62,120 nucleotides of DNA. It comes from an uncultured bacterium (GTDB lineage Bacteria; Bacteroidota; Bacteroidia; Bacteroidales; CAIWKO01). The translations under genes were made by a program, and so were the position numbers. The stretch lies in NCBI GenBank assembly GCA_903862465.1, contig CAIOYH010000068.1, forward strand, positions 66,280-128,399, in the 5' to 3' direction. Within the stretch, counting starts at the first letter, position 1; the number at the start of each line of letters is the position of its first letter. A model generated the notes under the pieces. The model was not told where the DNA came from and searched no databases. It saw only the letters and a list, made by a program, of their open reading frames with translations. Below are positions 19,584 through 30,160 of the stretch, piece by piece.

Positions 19584-21014
19584 TTAATTTTTATCCCAGA
19601 AAAGCTTGGTTGCAACGTCATCACCACCAATTGCAGAAGCTGCAGCTGAGCGATTAGCTCCATTCAAAGTTTGTTCTTCAATAGGATAGGTATATCTAAC
19701 AGGAATGTCGGATACTGCGTCAGCAGGAGCAACAAGAGCAGGAAAATCAAGTTTACGCCATGAGGTCCATGCTTCGAAACCACGATTGTATAAAGCCAAC
19801 CATTTTTGTTCGCCGATACATTGTTTGTAGTTTGCCGCAGCATAAGCAACTGCCGGGTTCGCCAAATAGGTGGTAGCATCAGCTGATGTACCTCCCCAAT
19901 AGGTGATAGAAGCTGTGATAGCATCGTCATAATGAGTTGCTGCAGTTCCACCAACAGAATAACCTACTGCGGCAGCTTCTGCTAATAAAAATTCTACTTC
20001 GGAATAGTCCATAATCATACCTTCAAAAGTAGGAGTTTGAATCAGGTCAGCAACGTGAGAATATGAATTGTAAGCATTAGTCATGCCGTTTTCGCCACCA
20101 ACATAAGCACCACCAATCTGTGTAAAATAGAATGGAAGTCTTGGATCGCTTAAAGTATTCATCCTGTCAACGATAACACTAGTGGGAATAAAATCGTGTC
20201 TGCCACTAGCTACTAAATCATTATAAACAGGATTTGTGTTGGGTTGAGCAGCCAAATAAACCAAACGTGCGTTGTCGCCATTCGAAGTAAAAACTCCACC
20301 TGCAACAGCATCTTCAACGGTGGTTTGTGCGAAAGCGCTTTGTGAAGGGATGTCTGATAAAAGCAGTCCCATTCTAAGTTTTAATGAATTCGCAAATTTA
20401 AGCCATAAAGCGACATCACCTTGATACATATTGTCGGCATCGCCAAAGCTTCCATTGGTAGGATCCATGTCGGCTATAGCAACATTAAGACGAGCAATCA
20501 AATCTTTGTAGATGGTTAGTCCGTCATCATATTTAGGCAATGGTGTAGCAATGTCGAGAGCTTCTGTATAAGGAACATCTCCAAAGGTTTCCACTAGGAC
20601 GCTCCATGTATAAACACTCATAACTTCAACAATTGCTAAACGATTCTTTTTTACATTGGGACTTGGATCGGCACCATAAGATGTTTCGGTAATAATTCTA
20701 GAAGATTCTTTAAAATCTTTTAAAACATCACGGTAAAGAACATCCCAATGATTGTCGGGAATGGTACGGGTAGTTAAATCATAATTGCTTTCATCTAAAT
20801 ACGTAGTTTCTGTCCAATACTGAACAAACAGCCTGTAAACATTTTCGTTCACATTTGTGCTAACCATTTGGTCGAATAGGTTTTTCTGAGCTCCTGTAAA
20901 TAGCGATTCGCCAGTTACGTTTGTGGGATCTTTGGTGTTTTCATTTAAGTCTCCTAGTTTTTTGCAAGCAGAAAACATTAGAAGAGCCAACAATAAGATT
21001 ACTATTTTTTTCAT
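19584..21014 (-). CDS. SusD/RagB-family nutrient-binding outer-membrane lipoprotein
   Basis: Lipobox FSAC; FGDVPYTEAL, EVEFLLAEAA, QKWLALY...EAWTSWRK motifs; directly downstream of SusC. Confidence 0.95.
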   Translation of the reverse strand: MKKIVILLLALLMFSACKKLGDLNENTKDPTNVTGESLFTGAQKNLFDQMVSTNVNENVYRLFVQYWTETTYLDESNYDLTTRTIPDNHWDVLYRDVLKDFKESSRIITETSYGADPSPNVKKNRLAIVEVMSVYTWSVLVETFGDVPYTEALDIATPLPKYDDGLTIYKDLIARLNVAIADMDPTNGSFGDADNMYQGDVALWLKFANSLKLRMGLLLSDIPSQSAFAQTTVEDAVAGGVFTSNGDNARLVYLAAQPNTNPVYNDLVASGRHDFIPTSVIVDRMNTLSDPRLPFYFTQIGGAYVGGENGMTNAYNSYSHVADLIQTPTFEGMIMDYSEVEFLLAEAAAVGYSVGGTAATHYDDAITASITYWGGTSADATTYLANPAVAYAAANYKQCIGEQKWLALYNRGFEAWTSWRKLDFPALVAPADAVSDIPVRYTYPIEEQTLNGANRSAAASAIGGDDVATKLFWDKN

Positions 21015-21025
21015 AGTTTTAAAAA

Positions 21026-24000
21026 TTAGAAGGTGAATTTAACATTAAGACTGAAATCGCGAGTTGATGGTAATGAACCAACAGAATATCCTTGTATGTT
21101 ACCGGCACCTAAGCCTGATTCGGGGTCAGCATACGGTAAATTTTTGAAGATAATCCATGGATTAGAAGCAACAGCTGCAACGGTGAATCCGCTGATGAAG
21201 CATTTTTTAAACACTTTGCTTGGCAATGAATACGCTAAAGAAACTTCTCTGAGTTTTACGAAAGTTGCATCATAAATGAAAGCTTTATCAGGATTTCTAG
21301 CATAACCAAATGCTCCATAACTGCCGGCATTTATTCTAGTAACGTTTGGAGTGGATGATCCGTCAGGAAGAATGTTTACACCTTCGTTGATAAAACCACC
21401 ACTTGTGGACGCGTAACCTTGTGAATGGTCAGCAGGATTCACCCATACGATTGGGTCGCGAACTGCATTTCCCAAGTCGTTGGTGTAAGCAGTTTCGGGA
21501 TATATACCTGTTGCAAGTCCGTAATACATATCTAAAGAGAATATATCGCCACCTTTTTGTACATCAATCAAGAAGCTTAGATTCCAATTGCCCAATGTAA
21601 ACGAGTTAGAAATACCACCGGTCCAATCAGGATTTACGTTGCCAATAATATTATCAGAAGTACCTGTTTTTAAATATCTGCCGTTTGCAGCATTCACAAC
21701 TCTGTTGTTGTCTTTATCATAAATAAAATCTGTACCGTAAATAACGCCATAAGGTTGACCAACTTGTGCATTAAGCGTAACGCCACCTTGGAAAGAACCT
21801 AATTGGAGATTATCAACACCTTCGAGTAAGGAAATAACTTTGTTGTAGTTTTTTGCCCAGTTTACAGTGATGTCCCATTTGAATTTTTTGCATTTAACAG
21901 GAGTGGCATTCAAAGCAACTTCGATACCTGAGTTTTGGATTTCACCTGCATTAATCATTTTGAAGGTATAACCTGTGGCTACAGATACTGCTAGAGGCAA
22001 AATTTGGTTTTTGGTGTTGGTTTTGTAAACGGCTAGATCAAAACCGATTCTTCTTCCAAAGAAATACATTTCGAGACCACCTTCGATGCTGCTTGTTTTT
22101 TCAGGTACTAATTCTGAATTTTTCTTGGTACCAGCTACTGATGTTATCGGAGATCCCATTGGGGTTATGATGTTATAATTGTCAGCCAATTGATCGAAGC
22201 TTGCGCTGTTGCCAACCATAGCATAGTTCAAACGAACTTTTCCGAAAGATAACCATTTTGAATCTGGCAAAAGGTGTGAAAATACCCAACTACCGGCTAC
22301 TGATGGATAAAAATAAGAGTTTTTATCTTTTGGTAAAGTGGATGATTGATCTCTACGTAATGTTACGTCTAAATAAAGCATGCTTTTGTATCCTAAGGAA
22401 ACGCTTCCATAAATACCATTAACGCCTACTTTAGATGCCAATTCTTTTGACAATGGCAATGGACCTATACTGTTTTGAAGTGAATATAATTCAGGAACAG
22501 CTAATCCACCATTGGTAGAAGAAATGATACGACTGAAATTGGTTCTTCTGATATTTAATCCTAAAACACCTTTTATATTAAAGTTCTTCGAAAAATCATG
22601 ATGGAAATTGCCCATGAGGTCATAGTTATATTCGCTGAAAGTAATATCTCTTCTCATATAACCGGAACCTTGTTCGCTACGACCGATGCTACCATCAGAA
22701 CCGGTACCGATTCCAAAAGGTGTGGCGATGCTTCCAACAGCTCTGCGTTCTTCTTGCAATTCATTATAGGAATCGGCAGAGAAACGACCAAAAATATCAA
22801 ACCAATTGGTTACTTTATAATTTACGGACATATATCCTACGAAACGATTTCTGTTGTCGCTTTCATAGTTCTTGTAACGTGTCCAATAAGGATTATCCCA
22901 ATAAATTGGTTTTGCATCTGTTGGATCTGCATAGTTCCAAGTGATGTTTCTTCCGGTAAGATCATACATGTCTTTTTGTTGTTGATAGTCCACATTGGTT
23001 TCCATCCATTGGCGGAAGGAGGTCATGATGTTGTCGCTATAACCGGTTGAGTTACGTCCTAAGCCTTTGGTGGTGCTAAAATTACCCGAACCCGATACGG
23101 TTAAGCGGTCATTTACGTTCCAAGTTCCATTTAATAAGATATTGTTCTTATTTAATTTGCTGTTTGGAAGCAATCCTTTTTGGGTGAAATTAGTATAAGA
23201 TAAACGATACGAACCTTTGGCGCCTGAATTATCTATAGCCACAGAATTTGTAAATGTAACCGGTTTTTGGAAAAAGGTAACAGGTCCGTTTTCGGCGGCA
23301 ACCCAAGGTGTTGCTTTTAAATAATTGGGTGATTCTGGATCAACGGCATCCCATTGGTAAACCATAAGATCAGGATTAAAAGCAGGTCCATAAGAGGCAT
23401 CATCAATAACGTTTGACCATTGCTCCATAATTCCATCATGATTAAGATCTGCTTCTGTCCAATAAAGTCCGTAACCTGCACCATATTGTTTTTGGTAGGT
23501 TGGGAATGTGCTTTTGTCAACCCATCCCACGGTAACACCGGAATTTAAGGTAACGCCACAGAATTTCTTTTTGCCTTCGGTTGTGCTTACAGTTGGGGCA
23601 CCTTTTTTGGTTGTTATCATGATAACACCACCAGCAGCACGCGAACCATAAAGAGCTGTTGCAGCCGAGCCTTTCAATACGTTGATAGATTCAATGTCAT
23701 CAGGGTTGATGTCGGAGGCAGCATTTCCATAATCGTATCCAATTCCGCCTTGTGATTGTCCCGAAGAGTTGTAGGTGCTGTTGTTTACAGGAACACCATC
23801 AACAACAAACAGAACCTGATTGTCGCCGGTTAATGATTTGCTACCACGCAAAAGCACGTTGGTTGAACCGCCCATGTTGGTAGTTTTTTTAACTTGAACT
23901 CCGGAAACTTTTCCTGATAAGGCATTGATGAAGTTGTCGGTTTTGATAGTCGAAACTTGATCGCCTTTGATTTCTTGTGTGGAATAACCCAAAGATTTCT

Positions 24001-24349
24001 TTTCTCTTGAAATACCTAGAGCGGTTACAACCACTCCTTCGATGTTCATAACGTCGGTTTCCAATACAATGTCGATTGTTGTTTTTCCACCGAGTGTTAC
24101 TTCTTGCGGTTTCATCCCAACGAAAGATACAACGAGAACGTCGTATTTAGCCGGAACGGAGAGGGTGAATTTCCCATTGGCATCGGTAACAGTTCCAATG
24201 GTTGTGCTTTTGACTACAACAGTTACGCCGGGTAAGGTGGTGCCATCGTCTTTGCTGGTCACCGTGCCCGTAACAGTTTTCTGTTGTGCAAAAGCCATCT
24301 GTAATCCTGAAAATAGCAGAACTACGCATAGAAATGTAAATTTTCTCAT
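21026..24349 (-). CDS. SusC/RagA-family TonB-dependent outer-membrane transporter
   Basis: N-terminal carboxypeptidase-regulatory-like domain; plug motif DINPDDIESINVLKGSAATALYGSRAAGG; C-terminal Phe. Confidence 0.97.
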   Translation of the reverse strand: MRKFTFLCVVLLFSGLQMAFAQQKTVTGTVTSKDDGTTLPGVTVVVKSTTIGTVTDANGKFTLSVPAKYDVLVVSFVGMKPQEVTLGGKTTIDIVLETDVMNIEGVVVTALGISREKKSLGYSTQEIKGDQVSTIKTDNFINALSGKVSGVQVKKTTNMGGSTNVLLRGSKSLTGDNQVLFVVDGVPVNNSTYNSSGQSQGGIGYDYGNAASDINPDDIESINVLKGSAATALYGSRAAGGVIMITTKKGAPTVSTTEGKKKFCGVTLNSGVTVGWVDKSTFPTYQKQYGAGYGLYWTEADLNHDGIMEQWSNVIDDASYGPAFNPDLMVYQWDAVDPESPNYLKATPWVAAENGPVTFFQKPVTFTNSVAIDNSGAKGSYRLSYTNFTQKGLLPNSKLNKNNILLNGTWNVNDRLTVSGSGNFSTTKGLGRNSTGYSDNIMTSFRQWMETNVDYQQQKDMYDLTGRNITWNYADPTDAKPIYWDNPYWTRYKNYESDNRNRFVGYMSVNYKVTNWFDIFGRFSADSYNELQEERRAVGSIATPFGIGTGSDGSIGRSEQGSGYMRRDITFSEYNYDLMGNFHHDFSKNFNIKGVLGLNIRRTNFSRIISSTNGGLAVPELYSLQNSIGPLPLSKELASKVGVNGIYGSVSLGYKSMLYLDVTLRRDQSSTLPKDKNSYFYPSVAGSWVFSHLLPDSKWLSFGKVRLNYAMVGNSASFDQLADNYNIITPMGSPITSVAGTKKNSELVPEKTSSIEGGLEMYFFGRRIGFDLAVYKTNTKNQILPLAVSVATGYTFKMINAGEIQNSGIEVALNATPVKCKKFKWDITVNWAKNYNKVISLLEGVDNLQLGSFQGGVTLNAQVGQPYGVIYGTDFIYDKDNNRVVNAANGRYLKTGTSDNIIGNVNPDWTGGISNSFTLGNWNLSFLIDVQKGGDIFSLDMYYGLATGIYPETAYTNDLGNAVRDPIVWVNPADHSQGYASTSGGFINEGVNILPDGSSTPNVTRINAGSYGAFGYARNPDKAFIYDATFVKLREVSLAYSLPSKVFKKCFISGFTVAAVASNPWIIFKNLPYADPESGLGAGNIQGYSVGSLPSTRDFSLNVKFTF

Positions 24350-24717
24350 AAGCTTTGTTTTTTGGTTAGTGTTTGGTTAGTGTTTGTTTTAATTGATTTT
24401 TCTTGTGTTTTTTGTTTTTGATACGTTTTTTACTACATAATTGACGAGATTAATTAATACTAAATTTAGTTATAAGCCTTGTCGTTGGGGGCGTTCAGGT
24501 AAAAATGACGTCGCTAACGAAATGCAAATTTAAGCAATATGAACACGTAATGCTATATGTTTTACGGATTTTTATTAAAAAAGTTTTGAACACCCTCTAA
24601 ATGTCTCAAAAATAACATGAATTTTTCAGGAATCTGTTGCTAAAATTTGTTCGGATTATAGGTCTATATTGTTGAAAACGTGTTGAAAAATATTTTTTTA
24701 TTTCCCGAGAAAAATAT

Positions 24718-24748
24718 TTTGCCAATAGAAAAATACTTCGTAATTTTG
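24718..24748 (+). promoter_or_regulatory. Consensus Bacteroidota promoter for H2
   Basis: TTTG (24718-24721), 19-nt spacer, TAATTTTG (24741-24748). Confidence 0.75.
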
Positions 24749-24807
24749 CGCGGTGATATATATCATATAATATTATTAATTAAAAAAAGAAAGGAGACAA
24801 AAAAACT

Positions 24808-25512
24808 ATGGGAAACGTTTCTGGAGTAGTTACTCCAACAAACAAAACAAATTTTGAAGAAGCGGTTGCAGCCGCTGCGGCAGAATTGCCATTTTTGAAA
24901 AGCGCCACTAAGAAGGAACGTATGGAGCTAGTGAAAATGGGTTTAAAAAACACAGGCTTTGTCAATGCTGTTTACACTGGCATTGGTGCTCACTTGGGCA
25001 TATTGCCTTCGGATTTTAATATGGCAGCATTCACCGAAGACATCAAGTTGAAACAAGAGTTGCCATATCTCAAACAACTCTTGGTAGGGTTGGTTGAAAA
25101 AATGGACGATACCGATTTGTTGTTGGGCAACGACTTGATGGTAGCGGCTCTTTATGTTTATTCATTGATGAAGGTAGCAGCAAAAAATAATGCTGAAATC
25201 AAAACATTGGTGGATGAAATTGCAGAAAATTGGATAAACTCAGGCAAAAAGAAAGCAAACACCGTTTTCTCGATTGCTTCTAGCAGCACGATCACCGTTG
25301 CTAATGTTGTTGCTTCTAAGTCATTTTTGAACAACGGAATCACGCTATTAAAATTAAAAGTAGGCGCTGATCTTGTTTCAAAATTTCCTTTAGCAGATCC
25401 TATTACCGTTGACCCGGGGAATTCAGTAAAAATTCCTAAGGGTTGGACGATTATTGAAGTTACGAATCTTAGCGGAACGGCGGCAGGTAGCTTTTCCATT
25501 AAGATTAAGTAA
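24808..25512 (+). CDS. Hypothetical protein H2 (helical N-domain + beta-sandwich-like C-domain)
   Basis: 234-aa ORF with its own promoter and terminator; no signal peptide; amphipathic helices to about aa 150, then beta-rich. Confidence 0.85.
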   Translation: MGNVSGVVTPTNKTNFEEAVAAAAAELPFLKSATKKERMELVKMGLKNTGFVNAVYTGIGAHLGILPSDFNMAAFTEDIKLKQELPYLKQLLVGLVEKMDDTDLLLGNDLMVAALYVYSLMKVAAKNNAEIKTLVDEIAENWINSGKKKANTVFSIASSSTITVANVVASKSFLNNGITLLKLKVGADLVSKFPLADPITVDPGNSVKIPKGWTIIEVTNLSGTAAGSFSIKIK

Positions 25513-25541
25513 ATACGTGAGGTTATTTTAATCTTTAGTGG

Positions 25542-25578
25542 CAAATTCGCATCCTTTGGGTGCGAATTTGTTATTTTA
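25542..25578 (+). terminator. Intrinsic terminator after H2
   Basis: CAAATTCGCATCC-TTT-GGGTGCGAATTTG stem, then TTATTTT. Confidence 0.8.
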
Positions 25579-25601
25579 TGGAGTTCCTTTTAGGAAATAT
25601 T

Positions 25602-26107
25602 GGAACTATATAGGTGCATTGCCGGAGCAATATAAGTGCATTGCCGGAGCTATATAGGTGCATCGTTGGAGCTATATAGGTTCATCGCCGGAGCTTTATA
25701 GGTGCCTCGTCGGAGCTATATAGGTTCATCGTCGGAGCTATATAGGTGCATCTTTGGAGCTGTATAGGTGCATTGTCGGAGCTATATAGGTTCATCGTCG
25801 GAGCTATATAGGTGCATCTTTGGAGTTATATAGGTGCATCGTTGGAGCTATATAGGTTAATCGCCGGAGCTTTATAGGTGCCTCGTCGGAGCTATATAGG
25901 TTCATCGTCGGAGCTGTATAGGTGGATCTTTGGAGTTATAAAGGTGCATCTTTGGAGTTATATAGGTGCATCGTCGGTGCTATATAGGTTCATCGTCGGA
26001 GCTACATAGGTGTGTCGTTGGAGCTCTATAGGTGCATCGCCGGAGCTATATAGGTGTGTCGTCGGAGCTACATAGGTCTATCATCGGAGCTATGTAGATG
26101 ATAAATT
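25602..26107. repeat. Tandem array A4: 22 x 22 bp (plus degenerate ends), consensus GGAGCTATATAGGTGCATCGTC
   Basis: Unit starts every 22 bp from 25602 to 26086; core palindrome CTATATAG; no indels; units 3-7 are echoed by units 11-15. Confidence 0.98.
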
Positions 26108-26227
26108 AGATTAGGTGGGGACTTCATTTGTCTTCGAAGTAATATAGTGGGAAAAATTCCTGCCTCTACCTATTATATATATAAACCGCAATACCTACCC
26201 TCTTCCAATTAATTTCAGAAAAAAGAA

Positions 26228-26258
26228 TTTGCAATGACGCCGATTTTTTGTAATTTTG
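26228..26258 (+). promoter_or_regulatory. Consensus promoter for the DUF4175-like/ybeY operon
   Basis: TTTG (26228-26231), 19-nt spacer, TAATTTTG (26251-26258). Confidence 0.7.
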
Positions 26259-26310
26259 CAATCAACCTAAAATATTGTAAGGGGAAGTTCGTTTAAATAC
26301 AAAAAAATAC

Positions 26311-29300
26311 GTGGCAGAACACAACAACATATTGATTGAGAAACTAGATGGTTTCATAAAAAAATATTACAAAAACCAATTGCTGAAGGGGCTGATACTT
26401 TTCGTATCGTTTCTATTGGCAATGTTTTTGGTGGTATCGCTGCTCGAATATTTCGCCTATTTCAACACGGTGGTGCGCACCGCCTTGTTTTATACCTATA
26501 TTGTGGCAAACGCTGTGGTGCTGTGGCGCTTCATTGTGATACCGATTTTCCATCTCTATAAAATAGGAAAAACCATCTCCTACGAGCAAGCCGCCAACAT
26601 CATCGGCAAATTTTTCCCCGAGATAAACGACAAACTCCTCAACACACTGCAACTGCAACGCCTTTCGATGCAAGAAACCTCAAGTTCCGAATTGTTAGAG
26701 GCAAGCATCCATCAAAAAATAAAGAAACTAAGCCCCATACCCTTTGTGGCTGCAGTTGATTTCAAAATCAACAGGAAATATCTAAAATTTTTGCTGCCTC
26801 CGGTCGCTGTGTTGGTGGTCATATTGATTGCTGCCCCCGCCATCGTCACCGAGTCGTCGAACAGAATCATCAACTACACCACCTTTTTTGAAAAACAAGC
26901 CCCCTTCAATTTCCAAATTCTCAACAAAAACCTAGAGGCAATTCAGCAACAAGATTTTCAACTCGATGTGAAGATGACCGGCAACGACATTCCGAATGAG
27001 ATTTTTTTGGTGGCAAATCAAAATGAATTCAAGCTTACCAAAGAAAACATAGTGTTGTTTCATCATACCTTTAAAAATATACAGAAATCGCAAACTTTTT
27101 ATCTGAAAGGAAATGGGTTCCGCTCCAAAGACTACACCATTTCGGTGATACCCAAACCGATTATTCTCGATTTTGAATTGCAGCTCAACTACCCCGCCTA
27201 CACAGGCAAAAAAAGCGAAACCCTTGAAAATTCAGGCGACCTGACCGTTCCATGTGGAACCAATATCGCGTGGAAAATAAAAACTAAAGACACAAAAAAA
27301 CTCTTTTTTCAATTTATTGATAAAGGATTTTTCTTGCAGCCGGGTTCCGAAAATCAGTTTGCTTACAATCAGCTTTTCTTCGTCACTCAAAACTATTCGG
27401 TGGCAACCTACAACGAGTTCATCAAAAATCCCGATTCATTGTCTTATTCCATAAATGTGATACCCGATGCCTATCCTTATATTGATTTGACGGAGTATCG
27501 CGATTCGCTTTACACGAGTCGCCTCTACTTTAAAGGGATGATTAAGGATGATTATGGTTTCAACAAACTATTGTTTAAATATCGGAAAACCAAAATTGAT
27601 AAGGAAAGCGATGCGGAGCAAATGAAGAGTATTGCGATTACGAAAGGCATGAACCAACAGGACTTTTATTATTATTTTGATATAGCGGAATTGGGCGTTG
27701 AGGCGGGTGATGATATTGAATATTATTTTGAAGTATGGGATAATGATGCCATAAAGGGCAGCAAAGCTACGCGTTCGCAGAAAATGGTTTTTAAAGTTCC
27801 TACTTTGGATGAAATTCAAAAAGAAACCGAACAAAACAACGAAGACGTCAAGGATAAGATGGACCAAGCCATCAAAGATATCAGTCAATTGCAAAAGCAA
27901 ATCGAGGAGATGAACAAGAAAATGTTGGACAAAAAAACCTTGAATTGGCAAGAACGCAAACAAATTGAAGACCTGCTCAACAAGCAACAGCAGATGCAAA
28001 AAAATGTGGAAGAATTGAAAAATCAGATACATCAAAACAACATCAAGGAGAAACAATTTAACACTGTTGACCAAAATATATTGGATAAAGAAAAGCAATT
28101 GGAAGATTTGTTTAACAAACTCATGACCGACGACATGAAGGATATGTTCAAGCAAATGCAAGAAATGATTGATAAGCTCGACAAGAACAAGGTGAACGAT
28201 ATGTTGGACAAAATGAAGCTCTCCAACAAAGATATTGAAAAGGAACTTGATCGCAACTTGGAACTATTCAAACAACTTGAGTTTGATAAAAAGATGACCG
28301 AAACGATAGATAAGCTTCAGAAACTTTCAGATCAACAGCAGAAGCTTTCGGAGCAGACCAAAGACGAAACCAATAAGCAAGAGGACTTGTTGGAGAAACA
28401 AAAGGAAGTCAACGATCAGTTTAACGATGTGAAAAAGGACATTGACAAACTCAACTCTCTCAACAAAGAACTTGAAGACAAAAAAAACTTAGAGAAAACG
28501 GAAGAAAAACAGGATGCCATTCAACAAGAGCTCAACAATAGTCAGAATAGCCTGCAAAACAACAAACGCAAAAACGCCTCAAAGTCGCAACTAAATGCAT
28601 CGGAGCAGATGAAGCAGATGGCGGATGAGATGAAAAAGAATAAAGAAGAAATGGAGCAAGAAGCCGCAGAGGAAGACGAAAAGGCGCTGCGAGCCATTTT
28701 AGAAAACTTGGTGAATGTTTCGTTTGGACAGGAAGCGCTAATTGGCAAGCTTCAGACCACTAATGTTGCGGATCCAAAGTTCACCAATATTATGGATAAG
28801 CAAAAAGAGTTGAAGGATGATTTAAAAATGATTGAAGATTCCTTGCTTGCTTTGAGTAAACGACAGGTGGCAATTCAGCCAATTGTGAATCGAGAAATAA
28901 CGCTGATAAACGACAATGTGGGCAAAAGCCTAGAGTATCTTCAGGATAGAAATGTATCTTATGCACAATCTACGCAACAGTATGTGATGACATCTGTAAA
29001 CAATTTGGCATTGATTTTAGCTGAATCTTTGCAGCAAATGCAACAACAAATGCAATCGAAATCCTGCAAATCCGGTAAGAGTAGCAAGTGCAACAAACCG
29101 GGAAGTGGAAAGCCCTCGGCAGCCACCATGAAACAAATGCAGGAGAAATTGAACAAACAGATGGATGCATTAAAGAAGCAAATGGAAGATGGGAAAAAGA
29201 AAGGCGAAACAGGGAAAAAGGGCGAAAACGGACAGCAATCTACAAGTGAGCAATTAGCTCGCCTGGCTGCGCAACAGGAAGCCATTCGCCAAATGATGAA

Positions 29301-29667
29301 GCAATATGGCGACGAATTGAAAAAAGAAGGTGTTGGCAATGATGGAAAGGTGAGTGATATGATGAAACAAATGGAACAAACGGAAACAGATCTCGTGAAT
29401 AAAATGCTGAATTCGGAAACTATGAAACGGCAGCAAGAAATTTTAACACGGCTGTTAGAGTCCGAAAAGGCTGAGAAAGAAAGAGAATTGGATGATAAAA
29501 GAGAATCAAATGAATCAAAAATCAAAAATTATAGTAACCCAAATCAATTTTTCGAGTATAAAAGATTAAAATCAAAAGAACTCGAATTGCTCAAAACAAT
29601 ACCCGTAACTTTAACCCCATTTTTTAAGTATAAAGCGAACGAGTACTTTTATAATTTTGCAGATTGA
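26311..29667 (+). CDS. Large membrane-anchored coiled-coil protein (DUF4175-like)
   Basis: GTG start; N-terminal TM segments, Ig-like middle, long Q/E/K coiled-coil C-terminal half. Confidence 0.8.
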   Translation: MAEHNNILIEKLDGFIKKYYKNQLLKGLILFVSFLLAMFLVVSLLEYFAYFNTVVRTALFYTYIVANAVVLWRFIVIPIFHLYKIGKTISYEQAANIIGKFFPEINDKLLNTLQLQRLSMQETSSSELLEASIHQKIKKLSPIPFVAAVDFKINRKYLKFLLPPVAVLVVILIAAPAIVTESSNRIINYTTFFEKQAPFNFQILNKNLEAIQQQDFQLDVKMTGNDIPNEIFLVANQNEFKLTKENIVLFHHTFKNIQKSQTFYLKGNGFRSKDYTISVIPKPIILDFELQLNYPAYTGKKSETLENSGDLTVPCGTNIAWKIKTKDTKKLFFQFIDKGFFLQPGSENQFAYNQLFFVTQNYSVATYNEFIKNPDSLSYSINVIPDAYPYIDLTEYRDSLYTSRLYFKGMIKDDYGFNKLLFKYRKTKIDKESDAEQMKSIAITKGMNQQDFYYYFDIAELGVEAGDDIEYYFEVWDNDAIKGSKATRSQKMVFKVPTLDEIQKETEQNNEDVKDKMDQAIKDISQLQKQIEEMNKKMLDKKTLNWQERKQIEDLLNKQQQMQKNVEELKNQIHQNNIKEKQFNTVDQNILDKEKQLEDLFNKLMTDDMKDMFKQMQEMIDKLDKNKVNDMLDKMKLSNKDIEKELDRNLELFKQLEFDKKMTETIDKLQKLSDQQQKLSEQTKDETNKQEDLLEKQKEVNDQFNDVKKDIDKLNSLNKELEDKKNLEKTEEKQDAIQQELNNSQNSLQNNKRKNASKSQLNASEQMKQMADEMKKNKEEMEQEAAEEDEKALRAILENLVNVSFGQEALIGKLQTTNVADPKFTNIMDKQKELKDDLKMIEDSLLALSKRQVAIQPIVNREITLINDNVGKSLEYLQDRNVSYAQSTQQYVMTSVNNLALILAESLQQMQQQMQSKSCKSGKSSKCNKPGSGKPSAATMKQMQEKLNKQMDALKKQMEDGKKKGETGKKGENGQQSTSEQLARLAAQQEAIRQMMKQYGDELKKEGVGNDGKVSDMMKQMEQTETDLVNKMLNSETMKRQQEILTRLLESEKAEKERELDDKRESNESKIKNYSNPNQFFEYKRLKSKELELLKTIPVTLTPFFKYKANEYFYNFAD

Positions 29668-30155
29668 TGAAAAAGCATACAATAAAAATAAAATCAGATT
29701 TACAAGAAATTCACGAAGTTGAAAAATTTGTGGAGGATATATGCGATTATTACAACATAAATAATTCGTATTTCGGAAACATTATTGTTGCAATCACTGA
29801 GGCTGTTGAGAATGCCATACAACATGGAAATAAAAATGACGCGGCAAAACGTGTAAGCATCCTATTTGATTCCACCAAAAAAGGAATTTCTTTTACCATA
29901 GAAGACGAAGGAACAGGCTTTGACTCAAGTATTATTCCTGACCCTACCAATATTGAATTTAAATTAGAGAAAAAAGGTACAGGTATCTTTTTAATGAAAA
30001 CGCTCGCCGATGAAGTTTGTTTCAGCGAAAACGGACGAAAAGTCAAACTTATTTTTAATATTTCTTCAATCAACCCGGAGGTGTATATAACAAGAAAACA
30101 ATATGTTGAAGAGTATTTAAAAAACAAAAAAGGTATATTCGAAAAGAACAAATAA
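29667..30155 (+). CDS. RsbW-like anti-sigma/HATPase_c ATP-binding protein
   Basis: TEAVENAIQHGN (N box), IEDEGTGFD (G1), GTGIFLM (G2); TGATG coupling to the upstream gene. Confidence 0.88.
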   Translation: MKKHTIKIKSDLQEIHEVEKFVEDICDYYNINNSYFGNIIVAITEAVENAIQHGNKNDAAKRVSILFDSTKKGISFTIEDEGTGFDSSIIPDPTNIEFKLEKKGTGIFLMKTLADEVCFSENGRKVKLIFNISSINPEVYITRKQYVEEYLKNKKGIFEKNK

Positions 30156-30160
30156 TATTA

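Noticed and set aside
26105-26175. Possible three-way-junction RNA after A4
   Set aside because: The stems are short and imperfect, with no promoter, terminator or known family match.
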